From a virus (Duplodnaviria; Caudoviricetes), in IMG/VR virus record IMGVR_UViG_3300020477_000033, positions 1 to 53,591 of that record: a DNA stretch of 53,591 bases; one strand, written 5' to 3'. Under the pieces are notes generated by a model. That model saw only the letters and a list, made by a program, of their open reading frames with translations. It ran no database searches and had not been told where the DNA came from. The number at the start of each line of letters is the position of its first letter. Position 1 is the first letter of the stretch. Below, piece by piece: positions 29,597 to 37,924 of the stretch. The position numbers and the translations under genes were made by a program.

Positions 29597-29832
29597 TTTT
29601 TGTTCCTCCTATACTTTAGAAACTGTTTGTATTCTTTGTGAAATTGCATTATCCAGGGTAATCTCCTGTAGACTCTAGGGTTCCATCCTTCAAAGTACCA
29701 CCATCCATTTCCTGTTTCTTTATGAATGGCCTTTCTAGCTTCAGCTTCTGCTTTCTTAGTCTTGAAAGGCCACTCTTTGGATTTGTACTTTTTGATAGGA
29801 TTACCATTATGGTCGTATGATTCTCCTTTCAT
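29593..29832 (-). CDS. Small basic aromatic-rich protein within Ubl cassette
   Basis: 79 aa, coupled between JAB and E1. Confidence 0.65.
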   Translation of the reverse strand: MKGESYDHNGNPIKKYKSKEWPFKTKKAEAEARKAIHKETGNGWWYFEGWNPRVYRRLPWIMQFHKEYKQFLKYRRNKK

Positions 29833-29834
29833 AG

Positions 29835-30689
29835 TTAATTACCCCACAAATTAAGTTGTTTTTTAACTACAGTAATTAAGGTAGCAGCATTAAATCCATC
29901 TTTATTTGTTGATGCTAATTTGTCTATCTCTCTTTTTGTAGTTTCTTTTACTCTTAATTCACTTCTGTTTCCTTCTAGTTCTTCATTTAATGCAGTAATT
30001 CTCTCATTAAACTCTTTATACTTGATAGTTTCACAGTAGTAATCAGTAAGCATGTCATCAAGAACAGATTCTAACTGTGTATATTCCTGATCCATTTCAT
30101 TCACTTGATTCCAGTAATTATTATTGCTATAATAATAGTTACTTGGAATTATTGGTTTATGCTTACTAGCTATTTTTACAGTAGGTATATCAGAACATAA
30201 TTTCTTATATTCTTTAACTATACTTTTAGGTATTTTCTTTTCTGGCCTTATAATATCTATAGTTAAGTCTTGGTGTGCCTCTATTGGTTGCCAAATATTA
30301 ACTCTAAATAGATATTCTTCTTTCAGGTTAACTACTAACGACATACTGACACTACCAGTTTTAGTAGTGTCAATAGTTGCTAGGTCGGTACCTGACCAGA
30401 AAGCTGCCATAGTATGATGACTATGCCACCATACAAATACTATATCTTTACCAGCATGCTTTATTGCTGTTTTAGAATAGTATTTTGCTAAGGCTTCTTT
30501 ATCAAGTATAGTGTTACTACCACTAACTTGTTGTTTAAGGATAACTGGTTCAGACAATACAAAGTCACCATCATTGTTCTTAGATGCTATTAACATACCA
30601 CCTATTTCTGACTGATCTTCTTCCCATGCCACTTTGGCATACATTATTATCTTGTCCCAGTCTTGACTATCCATTTTGAACTTACTCAT
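29835..30689 (-). CDS. JAB/MPN+ metallopeptidase
   Basis: EIGG...WWHSHHTMAAFWSGTD (E, HxH, S, D); start 30689 coupled to the upstream stop. Confidence 0.9.
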   Translation of the reverse strand: MSKFKMDSQDWDKIIMYAKVAWEEDQSEIGGMLIASKNNDGDFVLSEPVILKQQVSGSNTILDKEALAKYYSKTAIKHAGKDIVFVWWHSHHTMAAFWSGTDLATIDTTKTGSVSMSLVVNLKEEYLFRVNIWQPIEAHQDLTIDIIRPEKKIPKSIVKEYKKLCSDIPTVKIASKHKPIIPSNYYYSNNNYWNQVNEMDQEYTQLESVLDDMLTDYYCETIKYKEFNERITALNEELEGNRSELRVKETTKREIDKLASTNKDGFNAATLITVVKKQLNLWGN

Positions 30690-33193
30690 CGGTTGTTTCT
30701 CCTTCTTATGTGTGCAGACCATTCTGCTCTACCTTCTTCCGTGGTAAAGTCAAATGAACTGCTATTTGCTTCATCCTCAGCAACTCTTTCTGATATTATA
30801 TTATCAAGGAAATCAGCTACTGTTTCTTCTGTATCTACATGCACTTCCTCAGGTTCATGCACAGCTTCGTTAATTTCTTCTCTTTGCATTTGAGATATTA
30901 CTCTAGCACAAAGATCGTAAAGAAACATTTCAAGAGGGTATTCACCTTCTGACATACTTTCTTCATACTTAGTTACGAAGTGGTAGTTTTGAGGATCTTT
31001 GCTTGCTTTTATTTCAAGATATGTATCTGTAAATACTTTATACATATCTATTACTGACAATGTATAATCTGATTCATACCTATAAGCTGAATGGTAATTT
31101 CTAAGTATAGGCCTTGATTCTGGGTTAGCAGCCTCTCTTAGCATCTTTCCATATGTATTTTCTTCAGATTGTAGAATTGCAGTGTCTTCTAGCTCCTCGA
31201 TATCACGATTGACCTGGTATTGTGTATTTTTCCAGTTTTCAACTTTTTCTGATTGATATTCGAAACTTAATGTCTCCTGAATTACTTCTTTGATAAAGTA
31301 TTCATCAAAGTTTTCTGATCCTGTATGTATTACATTATCTAAATCAGGTGCATTACTATCTCTTCTACTTCTACCGTATCCTCTATATCTACTGCCCATG
31401 TGATCAGGCTTTTTAGATCTAAAGTATCTGAATGCTGCTTGTATTTTGTTGACATACTCACTTATATGTTGAAAATAGTATCTATCATCAGATTTAAGAA
31501 GTGCGATACTTGTTAAATCAAAGTTAACTGATCTACAATCTTCTACAAAGTCAAAGTATCCAAATGGTCTGCTAATCTTTTGACCTAGACCATTTCTTAG
31601 TAGTAACTGACCAGCAGCCCAGTCAGTACTTCCTCTCTTTTCTCCCATACCTTCAGAATCTGGAGGTAGTGTTAGTATACAGTTGTTTAGAGAGTTTAGT
31701 GGATTTGTTCTGTCATTGTAGTAGTCCATCCACTTTGTTAAGAGAATTCCTAAGCCAGTAAAGTTACCTTTTCTACCAGCCTGATAGATATCATTCTGAA
31801 GGTTACCAAAGCAACAAGCTTTTGGCATAGAGTGAGTAAACTGCCACTCTCTGTCATAATTTCTATCTCCATTTTGAGTGAAATGTTTCTTAAGTTCACC
31901 CTCTCTTATCATACCTTCTTTCTCTTTTCCAAACATGTCCTTAAACAATTTACTGAAGAATTTCTTCTGAGTAAGTACTCCCCAGCCAGATTGTCCAGTT
32001 CTACTTGTTCTGTTAATGAATGGAAAGAAGGTTCCGTCATTATGTCCGTGATATATTCCTGATACATCAAATCCTGACATACTGTGGTAGCTACCTTCTT
32101 CAAAGTCGTAATTGCTGTATCCAGGGTCTTCTAATTCACTTCGATACATTCTTTGTTGAGGGTCACCACCTAACCAAGTTATTGATCTATCTCCCAACAT
32201 AAGTGGTAGATTACTATGATGATCCTGTCTATTTAGCATTTCATGTAACCATTCTTTTCTACTTTCATATGGTTCTGGCTTATTATCTTCCATTGGACCA
32301 TATTTACAAAAGCTATTTTTAGAACTGTCATATTCTTGCCAAATACCATACCAGTCATCTATCCATCTTTGTACTAGTGATGTTAAGTGATATCTAAATA
32401 ATACTGTTACAGGTTCTGTATCTATATCACCTATATATTCACTATCATTTGTATGGTATTTTATTGTTGGATTATGAAAATGAACTGCTACAATAAACTC
32501 TTTATGTAAATTTCTATACATATCTAGTGCTTCTATGTAAGGTTCATCTATTTTGTATCTGTTTCCGTTGTAAGTCATTCTTGATTCTGATGTTGATTCA
32601 GATCTTTGTATTCCTTGCAAACTAACAAAGTATGGATGTATGCTAATATTTTCTGAATTTTTATACATTTCAATTCCAGAATCTACATTATTAAAGAACC
32701 ATTCTAGTGCTTCATCTAGAAAGTTTTCCATTCTTTTTCTTTCAGACTCATCTGTTAAGTTGTTTTTACCAACACTTTTAATTTGCTTTAATGACGTCTC
32801 TATTGAATCTAAGTCATTTTGTGCTCTCATCCATTGTCTTCTAGTTGACTTTGGTCTTCTAACAAACTTAAGTCCAATAGCACCACCTTTATTGAATTGT
32901 AGTAATCTATCAACAAACAATTGTTCTATTGTATTGACAGTTCCTCTTTGCCAATTAAGTTTATTAGTTAGTCCTATATCTTCTAAAGGACTAAGCACTG
33001 ATCTATTATTGTTAAGATATCTTGGTCGTATCCAGTCATTATTGAATTGTTCTATCTTTTCCATTAACATTTTAAGTGGACCATCTAGAACTACCTTAGA
33101 TATCATTGCACCTGACATGTGATCAGATGATTTGCTTGGTTTATATTCTTCTATATCCAAACTTCTTCTTCCATATGTGTGTTCTAAGTTCAT
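30686..33193 (-). CDS. Large protein with putative prokaryotic E2-like domain
   Basis: FPFI...CCFGN (C460/C461)...W..YYN pattern; lies between Ubl and JAB. Confidence 0.55.
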   Translation of the reverse strand: MNLEHTYGRRSLDIEEYKPSKSSDHMSGAMISKVVLDGPLKMLMEKIEQFNNDWIRPRYLNNNRSVLSPLEDIGLTNKLNWQRGTVNTIEQLFVDRLLQFNKGGAIGLKFVRRPKSTRRQWMRAQNDLDSIETSLKQIKSVGKNNLTDESERKRMENFLDEALEWFFNNVDSGIEMYKNSENISIHPYFVSLQGIQRSESTSESRMTYNGNRYKIDEPYIEALDMYRNLHKEFIVAVHFHNPTIKYHTNDSEYIGDIDTEPVTVLFRYHLTSLVQRWIDDWYGIWQEYDSSKNSFCKYGPMEDNKPEPYESRKEWLHEMLNRQDHHSNLPLMLGDRSITWLGGDPQQRMYRSELEDPGYSNYDFEEGSYHSMSGFDVSGIYHGHNDGTFFPFINRTSRTGQSGWGVLTQKKFFSKLFKDMFGKEKEGMIREGELKKHFTQNGDRNYDREWQFTHSMPKACCFGNLQNDIYQAGRKGNFTGLGILLTKWMDYYNDRTNPLNSLNNCILTLPPDSEGMGEKRGSTDWAAGQLLLRNGLGQKISRPFGYFDFVEDCRSVNFDLTSIALLKSDDRYYFQHISEYVNKIQAAFRYFRSKKPDHMGSRYRGYGRSRRDSNAPDLDNVIHTGSENFDEYFIKEVIQETLSFEYQSEKVENWKNTQYQVNRDIEELEDTAILQSEENTYGKMLREAANPESRPILRNYHSAYRYESDYTLSVIDMYKVFTDTYLEIKASKDPQNYHFVTKYEESMSEGEYPLEMFLYDLCARVISQMQREEINEAVHEPEEVHVDTEETVADFLDNIISERVAEDEANSSSFDFTTEEGRAEWSAHIRRRNNR

Positions 33194-33320
33194 ATGTTGT
33201 TACTCCTACATTAGTTTTTTATTGGTTAATATTAGAGACTACATAGTAGAAAGCAATGCCCCTATATGCTTCCTACTATAGTCTCTTTACTGATCTAGCG
33301 TGGCTGAAACCTAACCGCTA

Positions 33321-33614
33321 TTAAATTGACAACAGTTCCTGGTAGTATCTTACGAGTCCACCAGTTTTGTTCTCATTTACGAAAGTGATATACAATGTGC
33401 CATCAGCGTTTTCGTAGTCAGTAAAACTTTTTGCTTCGTCAAGAGCTTGTGTCTCTCCTACGTATGTTACAGCATCACTGACATTTGTGTGTCCTGCTTC
33501 TGATAAGTGACTTCTTAGAGTTCTAAGATTCACTACTTCAGAAGGAACATCTAATGATGTAAAGTGCTGAGCACCTGGCATCATTACCTTTAAAACAACA
33601 GAATTTTCACTCAT
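33321..33614 (-). CDS. Ubiquitin-like (beta-grasp) precursor
   Basis: Beta-beta-alpha pattern; YITFVNENKTGG (G85-G86) then an 11-aa tail; E1/JAB context. Confidence 0.75.
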   Translation of the reverse strand: MSENSVVLKVMMPGAQHFTSLDVPSEVVNLRTLRSHLSEAGHTNVSDAVTYVGETQALDEAKSFTDYENADGTLYITFVNENKTGGLVRYYQELLSI

Positions 33615-34134
33615 TGGTTGTTTCTCCTATAGTTAGTCGTTGTTGTTGAACTTTATAAGATACTGCAAGAGTAAAGGCACTAAATAACAACGAATTTAGT
33701 TCTCTTTTTAGCAAGTCTCTTATAACTATCTCCTTATCAGACAATATAGTTGCTGTTAAGTAGACTAACAAATCTAGTAGCTCATCTATTGCTTCTTCTA
33801 GATTGTCTCTTGAATGTTCTTCACATTCTTCTTTAGTAATTGGTACTTCTGCTAAATAGCTAGACTTACCAACTTCTAATCTTTTTTCAATTCTTTTTGA
33901 TATCCATCTAATCATATTATTTAAATTAGTAGGATAATCTTTCTCTTCTAGTTCAACTAGTAGAGTATTGTTTTCAAGGGTAAATATGTTTTTCCATATC
34001 TCTCTTGTATCATAATTATTACATAAACTAAACATTTTTCTGTTTAAGTGAAGTAATATTCTATCGTTATTCATTAGTTTCTCCTCTTTCATTTGAAATA
34101 TCTCATCTGCATAATCTTCCATGGTAAAGCTCAT
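33607..34134 (-). CDS. Possible all-alpha NTP pyrophosphatase-like (MazG-fold) protein
   Basis: R..VG..SY and LEEAIDELLDLLVY motifs. Confidence 0.45.
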   Translation of the reverse strand: MSFTMEDYADEIFQMKEEKLMNNDRILLHLNRKMFSLCNNYDTREIWKNIFTLENNTLLVELEEKDYPTNLNNMIRWISKRIEKRLEVGKSSYLAEVPITKEECEEHSRDNLEEAIDELLDLLVYLTATILSDKEIVIRDLLKRELNSLLFSAFTLAVSYKVQQQRLTIGETTNE

Positions 34135-34386
34135 TTGTTACTCCTTGGTTAATGCAATAGGTAGAACATTTCTGAACTACCTATTGCTTTGCTATCAGTG
34201 TAATAGAAGATAACAACTAACGATATCTTTCATAACTGTCTGTTACTCTATCTTCAAAAGATATTAATTCGTTTAACTCATTATTCTCTTTAGATAAGTC
34301 AGTCACTAGGCTGATTAGTGCTTTTTTAGACAATTTATGTATATTGTTAGTTTGCTTTCTTCTAAATAATAGTCAATTTAATGTTC

Positions 34387-34713
34387 TCATTTGACTATTC
34401 CTCCTTTGTCAGTCAACTCAAAATACTTTCTTCTTGGTATTAAGTAACATTTCTGATCCTTGTCAACTATTAACTTTACTAGAAAGTCATAGTTTGTTGT
34501 TACGTGAAGGTATCTGAGAAAACTACTGTCTAATTCAATCCAACACTTATCCATTCTATATCTCTCGTAATTAACATGGTAAAGGTATTTAATTAACTCT
34601 CTTGGTATTTCGTAGTCAACATCTACACCTTTTAAGTATTTTTTGAATGTGGTTAAACTACCTCGTAATCCAATAGTTGAATCGTAAGATAGTATTGCTT
34701 CTAATATGTTCAT
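34387..34713 (-). CDS. Hypothetical early protein
   Basis: AAGGAG RBS before 34713. Confidence 0.65.
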   Translation of the reverse strand: MNILEAILSYDSTIGLRGSLTTFKKYLKGVDVDYEIPRELIKYLYHVNYERYRMDKCWIELDSSFLRYLHVTTNYDFLVKLIVDKDQKCYLIPRRKYFELTDKGGIVK

Positions 34714-34840
34714 TGTTTTCTCCTTGATAGTATAGTAGAACAATAGTGACAATGATAGTATCACTCAACACTAACTTTAAACCTCACTATGTGAGGAAGG
34801 AAAGGCACTATTGTTAAACTATACTTTCTTTTCTTAATAC

Positions 34841-35580
34841 TAGCTCAGTAGCAAATTGTCGTCATAGATGACCTATCTCTACAGATACGTGCTATAGATG
34901 CATAGCTGAATACAAAACATGAAAAGAATTAAGGTATCTGTATTAACAATAGGGACTTGTATTGTTACTGAGCTAAAACTTTTTATTAAGTATAAGTGTT
35001 CAGTATTTTTACATACTAAACACTATACTTAATGTGTCCGTGTGAGATTTGAGTATACTCACAATGCTGTTGATTTAGTTGCCAGGAATCTGTCCTGGAT
35101 TAGCACATAGTCATACCATAACTGGCATACTCAAACAAGTTTGATAGTGTCTCCACTCTTGTCCATTGTATTAATCTTACGACACAGCAAGGCTCGACAT
35201 ACTTTGACCTTGTGTTCTGTGCATTTGCTAATGATAACCTACTCGTTATCTCTAGTGTGCAGCATTCGGTTGTTACTAACTCTCGTTAGCTTTCAACATG
35301 CTATTTGACATGTTGGTAGTCTATCGACAACTGTAACCAGCCTGATGTGGGTTAATTCACATTGTACAGGCTTACGAACTTAAGTAACAAGATAGCTAAT
35401 CTTATTACTTAATTCTTGTAATTATTTAAAATACATAGTAGTAAGTAAGTAGAAAATAGGGTAAACTGAATGATAACTCGAACTGTTTTGAAACTACTCA
35501 CCTACTACTTGTATTTGAGGTAAACAAATACAAAGTAGCCAAATGGGCTGTGATCTAGATGGCTACAATGTATTGATTAA
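34841..35580. ncRNA. Candidate large structured non-coding element
   Basis: No ORF of 60 aa or more; dense nested inverted repeats. Confidence 0.4.
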
Positions 35581-35584
35581 GCAA

Positions 35585-35797
35585 CTAACTAATAATTTTG
35601 TTTACTTGCTTGATTAGTAGAATTCTATGAACTCTACCATTTTTAGTGCTTGCTTTTAGTATTTTGTGAAGTTGAGATGGTAATAAACTCTCTAACTTAT
35701 TTACATCACAACAAAAGGTAGCACTTCTCCCTGCATAGTATTGTTGGTTAACAATCTCATCTATTACAGTGAGTAAATCTGATCTATTTAATAGCAT
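35585..35797 (-). CDS. Hypothetical early protein
   Basis: GGAGGT RBS, 70 aa. Confidence 0.65.
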   Translation of the reverse strand: MLLNRSDLLTVIDEIVNQQYYAGRSATFCCDVNKLESLLPSQLHKILKASTKNGRVHRILLIKQVNKIIS

Positions 35798-35889
35798 AAT
35801 CTTACCTCCGTAAGTTTGTACAACAAGTAGTGACTTGTTGGGTATTAGTTAAACTGCGGTGTTTTGATACTCTATCTGAACTGCTTAAA

Positions 35890-35922
35890 GTAGAAAAGGT
35901 AGCAAAATGCTACCCTTTCTAC
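35890..35922 (-). terminator. Hairpin downstream of 35941..36303
   Basis: GTAGAAAAGGTAGC-AAAAT-GCTACCCTTTCTAC; the mismatch is G-U on the minus strand. Confidence 0.5.
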
Positions 35923-35940
35923 CAAAGTAACTGTTAGTTA

Positions 35941-36303
35941 CTAGCCGCCGAAAGTAGGACCAGATGGCAACTTCTCTGACTTCTTGTAGTAGACGGCTAC
36001 ACACTCGTGTGTGCCGCTACCAAAGAACTTGTCAGTGAGTTTCTCCATATGCACACTACCTTGGTATTGTGCTTGGAGAGACTGCTTGGCTGTGTCCCTA
36101 TCTTTGTCTGTTAGGACCGAAGATGGATCGTAAGCCATTACGACAACTCGCCAATCATTACTTCTGATTTCTTCAGGAGTAAGGTTGATGATGTCATCAT
36201 CTGGCAACTCGACTTCATCTAAATTGAAGTCGAAAACTTTCAAAACGACTTTCACTGATAAGTCGTTTAGCGATTTGCTAAACTTTTTATCTGGTTCACT
36301 CAT
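35941..36303 (-). CDS. First early gene, hypothetical
   Basis: AAGGAG RBS; 120 aa; visibly more GC-rich than neighbours. Confidence 0.75.
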   Translation of the reverse strand: MSEPDKKFSKSLNDLSVKVVLKVFDFNLDEVELPDDDIINLTPEEIRSNDWRVVVMAYDPSSVLTDKDRDTAKQSLQAQYQGSVHMEKLTDKFFGSGTHECVAVYYKKSEKLPSGPTFGG

Positions 36304-36480
36304 TTTTCAGTCTCCTTAATTGGTTAAAATAGTCAGGCTACAAAGCCTAAACCAAAGGTTTACTGACTATTTTCTTATTTAAGTATCTACTAACGTTTTA
36401 GGAAGTTTCAACTGAAAGTTGAATACAAACCTAAAACAAAGGGTAGTAGATACTTCATAAAAGACGTGCATACATTCTAC

Positions 36481-36509
36481 TTGCATTTTTGAAAAAGGGG
36501 CATTATATT
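36481..36509 (+). promoter_or_regulatory. Sigma70-type promoter, likely leaderless transcript
   Basis: TTGCAT-17 bp-TATATT; ATG at 36515 with no SD. Confidence 0.6.
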
Positions 36510-36514
36510 ATAAC

Positions 36515-36781
36515 ATGTCTATTAAAAAACTAAAAAAATTTTTTGATATAAAATTAACATTGGATCAAGTTGTTAGAGAGGCTAGACGTTCTATAGACTA
36601 TTCAACCCCCTTGACGAAGTTTAATAGGGAAAATGGATCGTGGGAGACTATAAAGATGGATTTTAACGATGAAGAGATGTTAACTGTAAAAGATCTGCAT
36701 ATAGCAGAAATGGAAGTATATTTAGTTATAGAAGCAATGAAAGAAAATTTATTAGATTTGAAAAGAAGTAATTTAGATTAA
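36515..36781 (+). CDS. Hypothetical protein
   Basis: 88-aa ORF at the start of the late strand. Confidence 0.65.
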   Translation: MSIKKLKKFFDIKLTLDQVVREARRSIDYSTPLTKFNRENGSWETIKMDFNDEEMLTVKDLHIAEMEVYLVIEAMKENLLDLKRSNLD

Positions 36782-36835
36782 CATACTTAAAGTATATAAG
36801 ACACAAATATAAGATTTGTTAAGTATTATGCTTTA

Positions 36836-36864
36836 AGTATACAACATTAAAATGAGGATGTCAA
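36836..36864 (-). promoter_or_regulatory. Near-consensus leftward sigma70 promoter
   Basis: Minus strand TTGACA (36864..36859)-17 bp-TATACT (36841..36836). Confidence 0.7.
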
Positions 36865-36871
36865 GTAAAAT

Positions 36872-37114
36872 ATGATAAAAAAGAAAAATAAGCCAACATT
36901 GAAAGAACTAATCAAAGTATTAGGAATGGTCAGTATTCAGTTAGAACAGCTCCAACAGCACGTTTTTAAGGGAGATCAAGCTTTAGACGAATATATGAAG
37001 ATGCAAGGCACAAAAGATAAGTTTATAAAATACTTAGAGGACAATTTTAAAGAAAAAAATGATCAAGATAAGCAGGAAGCTGAAGATAAACAATTATCAG
37101 CCGAAGACGTATAA
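36872..37114 (+). CDS. Hypothetical protein
   Basis: 80-aa ORF. Confidence 0.65.
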   Translation: MIKKKNKPTLKELIKVLGMVSIQLEQLQQHVFKGDQALDEYMKMQGTKDKFIKYLEDNFKEKNDQDKQEAEDKQLSAEDV

Positions 37115-37853
37115 TATATATACGGAAGAAGAATTTAAGAATTTAAAGGTTAAATATGACCATTGGAGCAAATGTAGCCCAGGAGAATGGGGTGTAAGTG
37201 ACGATGGTTATGTTTCAGAGTGTATATCACGTAATTTGTATGGAAAAAACATAGAAATGGTATTTCCTTATGGAAAACAGTTTTTATCTGAAACATCTAA
37301 ATTATTGTTTGAACCACACTATGAAACAAAGAATTATGCTAGCATTTCAACTAAAACATATAATGAGATGGAAGCACAAAGAGATAGAGCTGAATTAGCA
37401 GTAGATACTTTTGTTAACTACAAATTAGCTGGAGAAGTTCCCGATTTTTATAAAATAGGGAAAATATATCGTCCAGATCAAGAGAATCCTGAAATTGCAG
37501 CTAAAAGGTTATTTAAGACAAAGGAAATAAAACAAATGGTTAGTGATAAGTTAAAAGATGTTTTAATAGAAAAAGACATAGATGAAGGCTATGTATTAGA
37601 TGTGATCAAAGATGCTATCACTATTGCTACAGGAAAGGAAGATAGTAGTAATATGATAAAAGCAGCAGATAAGTTGTCAGAGTTCTTAGAAATGAAACCT
37701 AAGTCTAAAACACAGACAGATACACTAGAACTAGATATATCGCATCAAATAGCAGATTCATATGAAAAACAAACAAAGAAATTGAAGGCAACCAAAGTAA
37801 AGGAGCTTGAATCTGATGAAGAAGAAGTCAATCACAGTGCAATCAAAGAGTGA
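37059..37853 (+). CDS. Putative terminase small subunit
   Basis: Immediately upstream of TerL; helical C-terminal half. Confidence 0.45.
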   Translation: MIKISRKLKINNYQPKTYNIYTEEEFKNLKVKYDHWSKCSPGEWGVSDDGYVSECISRNLYGKNIEMVFPYGKQFLSETSKLLFEPHYETKNYASISTKTYNEMEAQRDRAELAVDTFVNYKLAGEVPDFYKIGKIYRPDQENPEIAAKRLFKTKEIKQMVSDKLKDVLIEKDIDEGYVLDVIKDAITIATGKEDSSNMIKAADKLSEFLEMKPKSKTQTDTLELDISHQIADSYEKQTKKLKATKVKELESDEEEVNHSAIKE

Positions 37854-37924
37854 GAAGATCTTATTACTTTTTATAGCTACCTTGAAAGATGTAGCAAAAG
37901 ATATGGGCTTAAAGGTGAAAATAA

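Noticed and set aside
32640-33122. 160-aa plus-strand ORF (and similar antisense ORFs at 1064, 1493, 3821, 5803, 27521, 40940, 46919, 47453, 51909)
   Set aside because: Shadow frames antisense to well-supported genes, with no independent evidence
34765-35940. CRISPR array or tRNA in the non-coding region
   Set aside because: No regularly spaced direct repeats and no convincing cloverleaf with a T-loop were found by eye
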